From: Botryllus schlosseri
Lineage: Eukaryota
Length of the DNA stretch: 64,000 bases
Assembly (NCBI GenBank): GCA_051294905.1
Contig: CM119381.1
Coordinates: forward strand, 17,174,001 to 17,238,000
Direction of reading: 5' to 3'
In this document: in pieces, positions 39,301 through 54,300 of the stretch
Layout of the letters: every line of letters starts with the position of its first letter
Numbering within the stretch: position 1 is the stretch's first letter
The notes under the pieces: model-generated
Told to the model about the DNA's origin: nothing
The model's input: only the letters and a program-made list of their open reading frames with translations
Database searches by the model: none
Made by a program: the position numbers and the translations under genes

Positions 39301-42300
39301 TGAGTTATCAATACTCATAAAGCGAATCACGAGTGTAAAAACCTGCGACCCGCAAAATGGGTTGCTGAATTTGGTTATAATCCGCGCAACTGGGCTAAGA
39401 AAGGAGATGAAAACACATAAATATGAATACGCTGCCTTTGCGTAAGAATAGCTTTGACCAAATTAACTCAACTGCCAGAAATTGTAACTGCTATAAAGCG
39501 AGTTTTATCAACCCACCGTTTTTCAACTCTGCTCGAGTGTTATAGAATGGCGCGCATCATAACATTGCAATTTTCCTCAGTCCTAACAAGTTACGGACCG
39601 ATTTTCCGAGTGTCAGGACTGATAGACGAAACGTCAATAATGCGGTGACTCAACTTCGAAGTTACAGGTTAGAGTCATGCACAACAACTGGAGTAATTTT
39701 ACGCGTTTAAAAAAATGACTCGAGTCAAGTCGAGTCACCACAAAATCGTGACTCGAGTCATTACAAAAGTGGTTCTAGCATCACCTGTTCATGGCCTTTT
39801 TGGCGACGTGATGTCTAATAAAAAAAACAGTTCGTCACTTTTGACTAATCCCAATCATAGCCTAATTGCAGGAAATAAGAGAAACTAAGGACACAATAGT
39901 AAGGAAAATGTAATTTTATAAGACACTGCCTTTCGAAATAAGGACAGTGTGGCAACCCTGGGTCGGCGATAACTCAACTATTAGTGGCAAGAAGCAGATT
40001 ATTTCAGCACCCGAGAAAACTCGAATCCATTGTGCCCAACCCGTCGTAACCGAGCGGAAATAAACGCAAGCACTAACCTGTAACTCTTCCCCTGGCAACC
40101 AGCAACAAACTCGGCCTGCGACGAATCAACGCTGTCACGCTGCAACCCGGTATCGCCTGTCATCTTCTCCAACTTGAGATTGGGCGACAACTCCCCGTTA
40201 GCCGCGTCGAGGGCGTCGCTGTTCACTTTCCCAGGCGGCGCGGACTCCGAATCTCCAGAGTTTATGGGTGTAGCAGTCGAGTTGTTGGGCGCTTTCGTGG
40301 GCGTGACACCGTCACCCCAGGCGGCCTTCTGTTTCACTTTGACGGCGAGCAGGTCCTCAGTCAGGGACGGGTCGGGATACTCTTCGACCAGCAGTCCCGG
40401 AACGCTGTTCAAGGCCCAGTAGCGGCGGAAATATCTGAAAGGAAAATCAGCGCTGTTCTGGTGTCGAAACGGAAGTGGCGAGTCCAAGGGATCAAATGTC
40501 CTGACACCCCAATTATAGCATGAAAAAATTGAATCTAGCAATCCGAACAGGGCATGTCGTTACAGTTATCACCAGGCCAAGTTTTTACAACTTTAGGTTC
40601 TTTTTACAGCTTCCGGCAGCTTCCCAAGTACTCAGAATTTATGTGCTACGATGTTTTAAGCCGTCTGTAAGAGTTTTATATTGCAAGTCTTCTCTATTTT
40701 TCATGTGATTTTTTATTGTAACTGCAAATATTGCGCAAAATGTAAAGGAATAAAACTACTCCTAGTATGTTTTTATTCCCTTTGGTATGCATAACAACGA
40801 GCAATGCGATGAATTAGCTGCATCTCTCAACAGTTGGCTTGTAATAGTACGGGAGCTGTTACTCTATCCGTTTGCCTTTCTATTTCTCATGCACAAGTGA
40901 AGACTGAAGGGAGATTGTTGCGCAATAATGCTTCCGTGACTGAATGAACAAGGCCAGAGTCAGAGATTCTGCGTAAATGCAACTTTTGGGAAAATCAAGT
41001 GCAACTTTCTCGCTATTTATGTGCAACAAAAACTTGCCCAAGAGCAAAGCTCGCTAATGTCCCGGAGGTGGTCGGTAATGAAGCATTTTTGAAGCAACTC
41101 ACTTTTTCAGAGTATTCAACCAGGTTTTGCCTTCTAGCACCACTAGCTCGTGCGTTTGTGCTTTTGGAATAATTCCAATTCTACTTGAAGAGTTTTTAGG
41201 CAAAACTTCTACTCGTTCAGACTACTCAAATCGGTTTTGCTTACTTTTAGACTATTTCCATGCTTGAAGTTTTTCAGCCAAAATTACGTACTCTTTACAA
41301 TTCATATTTTGAAAGATGGGAAAGTAATTTTAGCGTAGCTTATATGAGCGATGCTGTCATAAAAACTGCACAGAATGACTTGAAGATCGCGCCAGCGCAA
41401 ACCAGCCGAGAAAGATCTCCCACCTGTCTTCGCCGAGCGGCACAATCTTGAACCTTCGATACAGCGCAATGTCTTTCAAGTGCTTTTTCTCACGAAATTC
41501 CCAGGCTTCCTTCGCGACGCGTTCCTCTTCGTCCATGCCTTTCAGATGCTCCTGCCAGTCGGAAAATCGGTATTTGACACTGGACCACTACTCTTCCCGC
41601 ACAATCAGTCGCTATATGGAGTATGATAACGTCGCCGCAGTGACTTTGCACGAGACGTACTAAAACTTCGATTCACTCAAAAAGGTCTCGTCTTAAGCCC
41701 CAGCGGGATTTGGATTTGAAAAAATCCTTTCACGATTTTGGCCGAATTAGAATCGGACTCGCACACTCACCAGTCTTTGTTCGACTGTCATCATCCTCAA
41801 GTTTTCGACAATTTCTTTGTTTTCCACTTCGCTGTAACGAATTCGCATTATTTTCATGTCTACGGTAAAAGAATACGCGTCGCGGCAACATATACCTTTC
41901 GTTCTGTTGCGGCGTTTTCATTTGGCCGTACTTGAACTTTGTTCTGCGAAACCAAAAGTTGTATCACGACGAGAAGGACAATTTACTTTCCAACGTCAAA
42001 CTCGACGGCAGACCTTTCGATAATGAATTCCTTGGCGCGCTTTTTCTCGCTGCGCTTGTCCACTCTGTAGTCGAACAGTGACGACCAGTACTTTTCCGTG
42101 ATGTCGTCGATAAAATCCCGCGTCGTCACAAACGATAGTAAATGATTGCATAGACATTGCAGTATCTCCATCTTTTCGTCTGTAATTTCACCGAATCATT
42201 TCCATACAATTCAATACGTTGCAATACTTTTTAAGGGACGGACTGTAACCAAGTGCTTCTACGTTTTCAGTGATATTCAAGTAGGTCATGCGTATTCGTT

Positions 42301-45300
42301 ATGATTTTAAATTCCTTCCACTCAAACAGTTACTTGCTTTTTATGATTTGGGTTTTGTATACCAGTTTGAAGACAAGTTTACATAACTGTTAAGAGTGAA
42401 AGCGTCATATCGGCATAACAATCAGGCGTCATGGTAACTGAATATATTTTTGAAAATCGTACCTGCTTGCCGGCACCATCAGTTATATTGTGTTAGTTGC
42501 AAAGACACGCATCTTTCAATAGAAAGGAACATTATACATTTTTGTCCTTGATGTTTTTTGCGGCATATACAAAGACTCACGATATACAATACAGACACAA
42601 GATCTGTGCATATGTATACCATGAGTACAAGATGTGCATACACCGCTGAACAAGGAAGGTGAGCGAGTCTTTTGGCTTCTACCGTGTGTGGGCTTTCCAC
42701 TCTCCACAGCAGATAGTACTTAGTGATTTGCATCATGATTAGGACAGTCTGGCCCAGTTTGTACTACTGGCTGTAGATTTGTGATACCTAACAACATGGT
42801 GAGTATGCTGATCATCAATCCTTACTCGATGGTTAAGGCTCAATAATGCTAAGCATTTCTTTATTCGCATGCTATTATTTGGTGAAATTGTTTCGGGTAT
42901 ACAGAACATAAACTGTATGACACCAATATGGAATAGCTTCGAACATACTTCAATAGCTTCAAACTCACCCGGGGAGAAATTGTAGATGCTTGTTTTCGAT
43001 AATTTTTCTATCAGCCCCGGATTGTCCAAACACATTTTCAAAGGCGTGTCGTCCGACGGACCGTAGGCGCCCCTCTGCTGGGTTCTCCACAGACGACTGT
43101 CCTGGGGCACTCGGGCGGACGACGTCAGCAGGTACATCCTCAAGATCTGGAAAATTTGTCATGAATTCTCTTGTCAGCTATGAGACGCGAACAATCCGCA
43201 ACGTGAGGGATAACAGAAAAACTGATCGTCAGTTCCTAGTTTGATGATAGTTTTGACAGTCTCAAACAGTGATGAGCATCGGATAATTTCGGAGTTTTCT
43301 ACAGATATTTTTTCGGATAATTTCGGAGTATTGTACCTTTTCTCTCCGATATCTTTGGATAGCTCTGACCAGAATACACTATTGATTATTATGATCACAA
43401 ACCAAAACACAGACAGTCGACACCTTGTAAAGTTATAATACGACGGGTATCATGCAAAAATGATTGCCAAATGTATAAAAATCAGCCATCTGCACTGTAA
43501 TTGGGGACTGGAGAGTAAACAATGCTACGAGGCCAACCATATTATCACATGTACCATGTTGTATCATGTACCATGCTTGCCACTGTTTCGGATACTAGAT
43601 GAGATTCTTCGGATTCTGGGATTGAGCTCAGACACTAAAGTTGTCGGAGGGATTCGGAGTCTCGAAAAGCACTATCCACTCATCACTGGTCTCAAATGAT
43701 GAAGAGACCACTGCGTCTTCAGTAATGGCAAGAATTAAATTCTGTAGAGTTACAGTGACGGGTAGCGGGATCAATCCAATGAACTTTGCGCTAAAACACT
43801 GAAATTCAGAACGTATCTAAATATCAGAATCTCGAGAGTATGCGTCTAGATCTGAGCCGAATCCTAAATGCTGGGTACGTTTTGTCACTGCCAAACATTT
43901 CAAAATCCTTGCAACGCACACCAATTACAAATAAATAACCTTGAGCTAACAGGCTGTGTAGTCATGTCCTTTTTAGGAACACCCAAACCTGAGGTCCCCA
44001 CAAGTCCTCGGTAATGAAGTACTTCTCTTTATCAGAGTACTTAGGTAGGTTATGCCTACTTGCACTACTTATTCAAGGTCTTCGACTACTTTGACTTCTA
44101 CTTCTGACTAGTTTTTTCAGGTAACAATACTTTGCAAAGTAGATTGGGACCATGTTCTTATCACTTTTACTAGTGAAATCATTACACAAACCGAGCAAAA
44201 TCGCCCATGTATCACAGCGACAGAATATATTTATGAAGACAACACCTATTTGTATCAGTTATTTTGCGTTTGCCGCGGAAAATAAACCCTGTAATTCTAC
44301 GAAAACAGCGGTTCCCAATCTTTTTCGAATCATCGCCCCCTTATCAAGCACCACACAAATTTCCACCCCCAATTTTAACGGATCCGAAAAAGCGGACGTA
44401 TAAACAGGAAATTTATTCACCAAACTCTGATCGCTGGAGAATTGACTAAAAAAGGGTTTCAGCGGCTACTTTCAGTTGGTTGACCTTTTTTCACTGAGAG
44501 ACAGTATCGCCCACTTAGAAACCACCGTTCTAAAAGTAACCTTCTCCGATTAACCACTAAAAGTATGCGGTCCACTTTATGAAACTACTCTCTCGAGGGC
44601 TTTCAAGCTTTTGATTTTCTATTTCAACTCAAGTAGTTTTAACATGTTTCAAAAATCAGTACTTCCAGTTCCACTTCTATGTGAGTACCAACGCTGACTG
44701 CCTTGACAGCTCTGTAAGTCGCACTCTTTCCGGCGTGAGCGTTTGCAGAAAGAAAAAAATGTTTGCGCGCTGACCTCGGACACCGTGCTGCTGTCGAGCT
44801 CCAGCTTGTCGAGCGAACAGCCCTGGTATTTCTCCGGCCAAGTCGAAGCCAGCGTCGCGAAAGCCACAAGATTTTCCAGGGAACGGTTACTCGCTGCTTT
44901 TCTGGACGCGGCTGGAACGAGCAAACGAGTTTAACGAATGTCCCCTGCGGTCCATCACCGCATCGTTACCTATATCGGAAGACTCGAGCATGTACAGATT
45001 TTCCCCTTCCTCTTCCGTTTGAGTGCGAAACAGATTGGACAGGAAGAAGAATAACAAATCGCACATCGGCCCGTCTTGATTTTGATCCATGAGAGCCTTT
45101 TCGAAAATGCCTACAAAATATAGAGAGGGTGCACGTGAGCTAATCGCAAAACACTGCAGCATCGCCGTTGGTGTACGGATAAGGGACATTGTTCTCATTC
45201 GTAACGGAGAAATCGCCATGATTGACAAGTAAGGTGACATTGTACCTTCATGTGGAGCCGATGAATTATGCCAATAGCATGTGTACCTAACTCTAGAGAT

Positions 45301-48300
45301 AATAAATGGCATAACAAGAGAATTATCAAGATAATCGTACAGTAGGCCTAATCATTCTTTGATTGAAGTAAAATTTGATTATGGATTAGTATATCATATT
45401 GACCCTGTTTCGTAAATTTGCTGACAACGATATTTTCATATCTCAAATTCTGAACATCAACATGACCGATCACCATAACCATAGCAGGTCAGAATAACAA
45501 TGAGTAACCTAAATCATGTCAAATCTGTCCCCAATAATCTACACCACAATTTAACCTACCAGATGAAGTCAAGAGCGACATGTGAAAATATTCGAGCTAC
45601 AAAGCATTCGTAGTTCCAGGACAACGAGGGTCACAATCCTGCAAGCTACACTCTAATTACATTCACAACAGGATAAACAAAGCCAGATCGAGACATAAAT
45701 CCTACAAGGATTCAAAGCTGGGATGGATGTTGATGTAATAGTCACAAAACGAAGAACTACATTCTATAAGTAGATTTGTAAGCTGACCTTGACCAGACAA
45801 TTACAACATAACGAAGCACTAAGAAGAAGTAAGCGGCCTACGACCCTATTACCTGCTGATAAGTATTATATAATGATATATACATGCAGAGAGGGTCTTG
45901 GCAAATGTTCAGTTGCATTCATTAGCGGACAAGCGTTCTCAGTTATGTCTAAAAGCATGAAATCAGGCTGCGACAGCATAGAATATAGATATTTATGGAA
46001 AAGCATTCCACAATCAGATGCCAGATGTGAGTGTCTCAAATTGGGCTAAGTCTAATACGCCGTATTTTGTCGTGTTGAGTGTCAGCATAAAGCTCAAGGA
46101 ACCATATCTATAGATTTAGCAGATAGGGGTCGTTGACAATTGTTTGTGGGTCGCGACACAATCGCACTTCAAGAAGAATAGCGAGAAATTTGTCTGTTGC
46201 AGAAGTGTGTAGACAAGGGGGATTTGGAGCTCAAAACATGCATGTGCGACGTGGTTATTTGGTTATTTATTACTGATATCTAACGCGAAAAAGATATCAA
46301 TATTGAAATAACTGCGCCAGAAATGGTAATAAGGCCTCGTAATTTAAAAAACTTTTAAAAAGTCTGGCAGATTAGCATCACAACAAAACTAAAAAGCTAA
46401 CTTCAACACTCGCGAGATTACTCGATTTAGACAAGATCAGACAACACGTTTGTACTCACCGAGAGTGACTCCACGAGGAAAATCGACCTTCCAATCGAAC
46501 ACGTTCTCAAAAACGACGATAAACTCCATGAGGGAAAGCACGTCGCCGAACAAGCGAGGAGGTATCCTGGTCGTGATCTCGCGAGGCTGAGGAATATCCT
46601 GTCGGTGAAACAGGGACGGTTAGCAGCTAACCGCACACAATGGTTCGAGTACTCGCCTTGAGGTCGTCGCATTCCAAATCGTCCCTCTGTTTGCTCCATT
46701 GCTTTTGGAACTCCGCCAGCCTCCTCTTCACCTCCCTCATCTTCTCCATCTTCTCCTTCCTCTCAAGAAATTCCTGCCTTCTCTTCTCGAGCAGCATCTG
46801 CTTCTGCTTCTTCGCCTGTTCCAGCTCTCTCTTCTTCATTTCCATTCTGAGAAAAAAATAGGTCGACTCGCTTTGCAATAATAATAACCAAAAATGTAAA
46901 AGAAATTTACTATCTACAGTGCAGAATTAATGGAATGTTGGAGTGCACAACACGGCACCGGCACAGTCTCTTCTCTGGTTCGAATTTTAAAAACGCGCGA
47001 CTGTGTGACATCTCGCGTTACAAGCACAAATATGCCGGCCCTATAATTAGCTTGAGCCGTAAACACAAAAAGCTAACATATGTTATTCAGTCATGCATCA
47101 AGAAGACTTCATGAATAATTTCAATCATTGATCATCGGCGAGGAACATTATTTTTCGATAGAACACGTCTTCCAAATCAGGAAGCATGCAATTGCAATTA
47201 AACTTAATACAACCAAATACTCCAAGGAAAAACAATTCTCACTTCATTTCCTTTTGCTTTCTCATTTCGTTCAAGAGCGTTTCGTCTTTCGCCGGTTTGG
47301 GTTCTGAAAATGTCTTTTTACCTGCAACATAATATTGAGCGTCACACAATTGTCAACGTAGTCCTGTGATTTTATGATTAGAATTGCTGATATTAGGCCG
47401 TCCCGCTAGATGTTGTTATGACACAAGCAAGTAACAACGGAGCACCGCGTACGTGGAGTACAACATCTGGGATACACTACTGAAGATATATATGACAATG
47501 TTGCAGATGATTAATGACAGTTATCAATAGTCGGTCAACATCACAGCACTTTTGCTGAAAAGTGACTAAGGAAAATTTATTAACAAACCACTCCAGCCTG
47601 CTCCTGCAGCAGACACCACCAGAAATGTCGTGTAGCTAATAGCTATGTCTGTCTTGGCCTAAACGAGTCGAGAGAAATAGTTAGTGATATTTACCTGATT
47701 TATTTGCCGTTTTTTCAGTGCTCTGAAAAATGAGTTGTAAAAGTAAGTATTAACGCATGGGATACATTAATGCTTGGACTAAAAAGACTTGTAGATGTTA
47801 AATCATATAACAGATTACCAGACCAAAATCATTGATTGGATATCATTTTTCAATTTCCAGTAGTAGAGGTTGTGTGGGTCAAAAATTTTAAAAGCAACAA
47901 AATTTTGGCAGCTATACAATTGCTAACATTATGTCAAAGTCTTAAGAGTAATGATTTTTTGGGGGGATACGACTAAATAATTACTCCCTTGCAGGTCACA
48001 AATGCCTCATCTCAAAACTATGTTGCTTTGCTAGGCTCTGGAAGTAGCCCATAACTTATAAACCATTACCATTTTCTGCAATCAGGATAACACACGCAGT
48101 GTGAATGCCGGATAACTGTAATCTTGGTTCGGAAAAAGTTGCAACATAAACTGTTTGCACCAAGAAATGCTTGAAATCTACCAGACAAAGACTGAAGACA
48201 GATACTCGAAATGTTACCTTTCACCATCTCCTTTATTCAAGTAATATTACATGGAGCGCTGGGATTATCCTCAACAACACCAAGGTAAGTGCCCATTACA

Positions 48301-51300
48301 CTTGAGTACAAAGAATATCACCATTGATTAACAAATCAAGGATAGCGCATGAACACAAATGATATTGATTTTGATATCAAATCATCGAGGATCTCACAAA
48401 AATTCCGATCATTTTCAGACGCTGTCGTTACCTCAGCAAGGAGAAATTGCTGAAATGTGCATCGTTCGAAATATCACGACATCTTAGTGTTCTTGAGATT
48501 CCGCAAGATGCTAGGGCCATATCGTTCCACCAAACACAATTGGAAAATGCACATCAGTTATCGGTGAGCAATGTCTCAGAACATATCGCAAGACGCATCC
48601 TAGTTTCCAAAGCAATTTGCGGCATCATTGATACCCCGAAATAACCATTTTTAAACAGAGCAAAATCAGAGGTCTACATAGTTTGGTTGTGCTGGATCTT
48701 TCCTATAACAAGATCTCCACGGGACTTCACAGGCTACTCAATAACAACATAAACCTCAAGCTATTTAAGATAAGAAATAACCTGCTCCGATCTCTCGATG
48801 CCCAACTCTTCCAGGTCAGTATTTAGAAGAATTGTTTAGATAGGAAACTAGCTAGTGATTATTTTTTTCTGGAAACCAAAGAAATCAACAAAACTACGGG
48901 AAGTCGATCTCAGCAACAACTTATTAAGTTCTGTTCCAAGTGGTTTATTTAGCGCCAATCCAAGACTAAAATCAGTAATGTTGTGGAGCAACGTTCTGAA
49001 AGAAGTACCGGAGGACCTGTTCAGGTATGCACCAATATGTTACTTTGGTTGATTTAAGTTCAGACAAAAGCAGGATGTAAAAAGCTTTGGTAGTAAAGAG
49101 GTTTTTTACACAGCAGTTTGCATGGAAATTTGCTTAAAAATTCCAATTCCAATTCTGTGTAACATCAGCATTGAAGTTTTAAGTGAGGAAAAACAAAATC
49201 ACAAATTGTCGGCTGATGAAAAAAACGATCATTTCTACTTTGAGGAGTCCAACGATAGAGTCTGATCACGATGAAAATCCAGCATATTTCCACCAATTCA
49301 TGGCCCAAGTCTACGGTCTCAGTTTTTGGTAAATTGTAAGTTATATCGTCCAGACACAACAAAGATTTGGCGGTGATCAACCTGGGTTGGAATAAGCTCA
49401 AAGACATTCCAGAAAAATTATTCCACGGACTGAACAATCTCAAAAAAGTGGTCTTGTGGAGAAATCAGCTCAAGTGTTTGTACGGAAGCATGTTTCAAGA
49501 AAACGCCCAGCTAACCATGGTAAGCAAATTACAAGAACGCAATATTAAAAACAAATTGTTACTCCAAAATTAGCGGTTTAATTTTTATTGGTAATATTGA
49601 GGAGCGTCTTGGTACAGGTACAGAACTTCAATAGGTAATTTTATCGAACAAAACATGTAGTGACAAGCAAGTGTTAACTTCCACTTCATAAACGAATGCA
49701 ACAATATTTGATTTCTAAAAAATTCACATTTTACGCAGGTTAATCTAGCCATGAATCACATCAAAAAAATTCCAGACAAGATATTCAACGGCAATCCGAG
49801 CCTTCAGGACGTTAGGCTTTGGTCAAACAACATCCAATGCATGCCGAAAAGCGTTTTTACAAATAATCTCAAGATCAGGTAGCAAATTAAACTCGTCTGC
49901 ACAGCAACATCAGTGACTACCGATCAAATTTTAGATACGTGAACACACTGATGGGCAATCCAGGGCTACCGTGGGTGCTAAAACAGAGATTCTCGAATGA
50001 AGGCCGACACCCCGTTGCGAAAATGAGAAAAGCAATAGAAATTTACGGAAACCGGTCATGTACGACCTTCCCTTGTATATGGAACGCAGAGTCTCAGACA
50101 ATGGACTGCAGCAACAGGTATTGGTACCTGCATATTATGTCGCGTTAGTGCCTTTTTCATAAAGAAGATTTGATATAACCTGTATGTGTACGCCTCAATT
50201 GTACATAGTCACAACAGAATGAACTGGGCACCAAGAGAGCCTATAGATCTCAAATAGTAGAACGGTTACAGGATGTTTTGTAATTTTGTAACCCTTGACC
50301 CTGATAATTTTGACCCCGATTCTCATCCAAATATATATTTCAAGAGGCCTGACGGATGTCAAACAGTTATTGGATCTGTGTGAAAAGGTAAAAAATCTCA
50401 ATCTCAACGGGAACATGCTGAGCGATCCGGGCTTTCTAACGCCAGTCATGAACCAGATGACAGAGCTAAGGTGCGGTCATGGTAAATGTGCCTTGTTCAA
50501 TGCAATAACTGAAGAGAAATTCGCAGGATATTATCGGCCCGAGACAATGGAATGGCGGGACAAATAAATCCGGACACGTTCGCGCAAAACCTAGATCTCT
50601 CCACAGTCGACTTGAGCTCAAACAGCCTTAGTACAGTACCGGCTTCCACATTCGAAAGAAATATCATTCTCAAGGTGAATCAGAAAATTCCTAGCGAGAC
50701 TCAGTCGGCTTCAATTCGGAATTACATACGCCAGGAAATAGATTTGTCCAGCAACGATATCGAAAGATTGCCGGAAGAATTAATGCATAACAATCCAGAG
50801 ATTGTCAGCTTGGATTTATCTCGAAATGGATTGCGCGAACTACCGAAGACGATATTTCGCAACAACCGAATGTTGATGAAAGTCAAACTTGCTGGAAACG
50901 ACATTGCGAAGGTGATAAATGAATTCAACCACCGTGAGCGCTGCCATTCTACCTCAAGCTGTAAAGTTGAGAGTTTTGGTGCCATATCTTTTTTCAATAG
51001 ATGCTAGTAGATTTTTCTGTGTAGGATTACTATGGAATCAGCTGAATTCGATATCCTTAGAGCAGTGGTTCTCAAACTTTTCCACGCACCAGTCCTGTTG
51101 GAGATGCGACTGATTACGTACGCGATTATATCTTGCTCACATGGCCTCTTATGTATGCGATTGTTAAGGCCTGTCGTTGACGAGATGAATCAATAAGGAT
51201 TGCCGCACACGCTTGTAGCAATCAGCGACCTAATTTCGCTCGCGTACAAACGGCAAACCAACTCAGCAAGAGATCGCGTGCTTTGCAGACGACTCTCGTT

Positions 51301-54300
51301 AATTAGAAACTCGATTTTTTTAAGGCTTGCTGTACCCATGTATAATACGCACCCCCCTATTTTAGGACAAAAATTTGGTAAAATTTTGCGCATTATACAT
51401 GGAAAATTACGGTAATCATTTGCATACATCCATCAAGGTGAACAAAGAGACATTCATGAGTAACACTGAACTAATGGAATTGGACATGTCACAAAACCAG
51501 ATAAAGGGTGGATTGGACACAGACTTATTCAAATCTCTCCTAAACTTACACACGCTTAATCTGGCAGGTAACGTACGAACGTCGTTTTATATACACACAT
51601 GACACACTTCATAACATTGAGACAATATTTTGAAAAATAGGAAACGGAGTGACTGTGCTGAAGTCCACAAGCGGCAAACATAAAGAGACGTACGACGCGG
51701 CGATTCTGGAACTGAGCGAGAACAAATTGAGCGAATTCCCACTACAAATGGTTCAAGCGCGACCGTTCTTGAAGCGGCTAATGTTGCATCACAATAGAAT
51801 TCCATCCGTGCCAGAAACAGGCTTGCATAGAAATCACGAACTGGTAGAATTGGACCTTTCCTACAACCGACTGACCCACCTATCAGCAAGAACATTCATA
51901 GAAAACCCAAACCTGACAATATTACGTCTCGATTACAACAGTCTGACCAGACTCGGAGATGGGCTGCTGCACGGAAATTTCCGATTGCGCATATTTACCG
52001 CCAACGGGAATAAAATCCATTACATATCCCCGACTTTGTTCCTGTTCAATTTACACCTCGAAGAAATCCAGCTGTCGGACAACATGGTGAAGACATTGCC
52101 CGGCGGACTTTTTGCGCCGATTGGCGCAAGTCTGCGCTTTTTGACATTAAGCAAAAATAACCTCGGAAGCTTACCGCGCGATTCTTTCCGAGTTAACGAA
52201 AATCTAGAAGGAGTATACCTACACGGAAATTCGTTGAAAAAACTACCAAAGGGAGAAGACCCGGGCAATTTAATACACAGTCCAGAGGCGCAAGCAATGC
52301 CGGATGATGTAAGTTCGAAGTATCATTTTTCGATGCAGGCTGGCCTATAGTATAATCCAACCTCACAATCTGTTTCAGATTAGCCAGACTGCCGTGAGAC
52401 AAACTAATCGCGAACGTTCCAAGTCTGAGAATACCTACGGAAACTGGGTAGGAAAAAACGCCGTAAACAGTCTGAGAACAATATTGCAAGCTGCAGAGAC
52501 CAGCATCGAGAAATGAGAGATACAATTCCAGTATTTGCTCCAAGATATTGGGGACTAGGCAAACTCATGCCTTCCCCTATGTGTGAACCTTCAGACTGGC
52601 TGGTACTATTGTGCGTGCATGGGAGAGCAAGCGTAAATTTGTTGCCTATAAGAAATAATGCCAGTATATTCAACAACATTGATTTTTCATTTTTTGCTGA
52701 TATTAGCGCTATTAGTAGTAGTGCTACACTTTGCATACCGGAATTTTTGGAGTACGCAATTACACATATCGCATTTTGAAGGACTAGAAACTGTATCACG
52801 TGGGCTTAAGCCAAGAGACAGGGAATGGGATGATACCCGTGATGTTAAATATCAAATAACCGAAAATCATCGATGAATATACACATTCCATTATGAACTT
52901 GATAGTTTCATCGACAGACCAACAGTCGAATCTAGTTGTAGGAATCTGACATTGGTACTATCTTCTGTGCAAATAACCAAGTTTTCTGTTATTATTGTAC
53001 GGTCCACAGTCAGATTAACGGCTGTCTCAGCCGTTGCAGATTCCACACCCATACATTACTACAAACGTAAAAGGGCATGTGAAGCATGCACGCATGATGC
53101 GTTTGAGAGCAATTTGCGTTTGACACTCACCCTCTTGACTTTTGGTGATTGAGTGCTGAATGTCGGAGTCGGCCCCGCAAACACATCCTCCCACTTCAGG
53201 CTAGCCATTCCTAATTTTTCTGCCACTTCAGGCTGAAATTAACAAGAGAATAAGGATTTATATCTGGCAGAAGCCGATAATTGTGCTTGTTCATCAAGAG
53301 ACATACAAGCAAACAGGCTCAAGAGAGTATAAGAGGCTCTTTATCATGCGCAAATACAACTAAATTGAGGAAAAATGCTGAATCTGCAAATAGCAAGGAA
53401 GAAAATACTTTACTGGTTCTAGCTAGAGGCAGACCGTATATATTGGCTAGTACAGTCTTTGGTCATTTATATGTTTTAAAGCGTTGAATGTGGGTTCCAT
53501 CACCCATCACTATGAACCAATAAGAGAAGGTACTGTCAGAGCAGTACACGCCCGAGTAATTATGGAGGCTGATGAGTCAACAATCACGAAGGGGGGGGGG
53601 GTCCAGGTAAATCAAAACAGTGCGACTCCTCAATACACGGATCAGAATGCTAATCTCTTGCAAATATATAATTGGAGTTGATATGGGATGTACTTTTCCA
53701 ATTAATAAGTCTAATTTAGAAGCTCTAGTCCAAATATGTCGCATTTCGATATCGGTTGTTTATTGACAAAATTTGTGATGTCCGTGATATCGGTTGAAAT
53801 TTCTTGAATCGCTCAGGCTTCAATTCCGGACAACAAAGCCTCCACACAACCAACAATAACAAATTGCTGCATATATGGCAACTCATTTAACTAAAAAACA
53901 CAAATGAGTGAGTCCACCCCAAACCAACCTTAATACTGTATGTCCGGTTCCCACTAGAATCTTGAATGCAAGTTCTTTTAAGGAATATCTTACATTGCTC
54001 ACGCCGCAATTTTCGCCTGAAACGCGGAAATCTTCTTTAACAGCGTAATTGGATTCATGACAAAAATTGACGATGCGTTGCAAACACAAAGACTCAAACA
54101 TTACAAAATGAATAGGAAATTGGCAGTCAGGTCAGGTCAACACGCTAGTACAGAGAGCTCTTGTGAAAAATATTGGCAAACCTCACGACAGTAAGGAGTG
54201 AGACAGCAAGGAATGATCGCTGATCATGCAAAAACTCGATGATTGATATACACATTCAAAATTACCCATGCTTCACCATCCAATGCTAAATAGAATGGCA

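Noticed and set aside
41830-41897. 36-nt in-frame intron in BAZ1A
   Set aside because: It breaks phase with the next exon; the downstream acceptor giving a ~64-nt intron restores the frame (EVENKEIVENL..).
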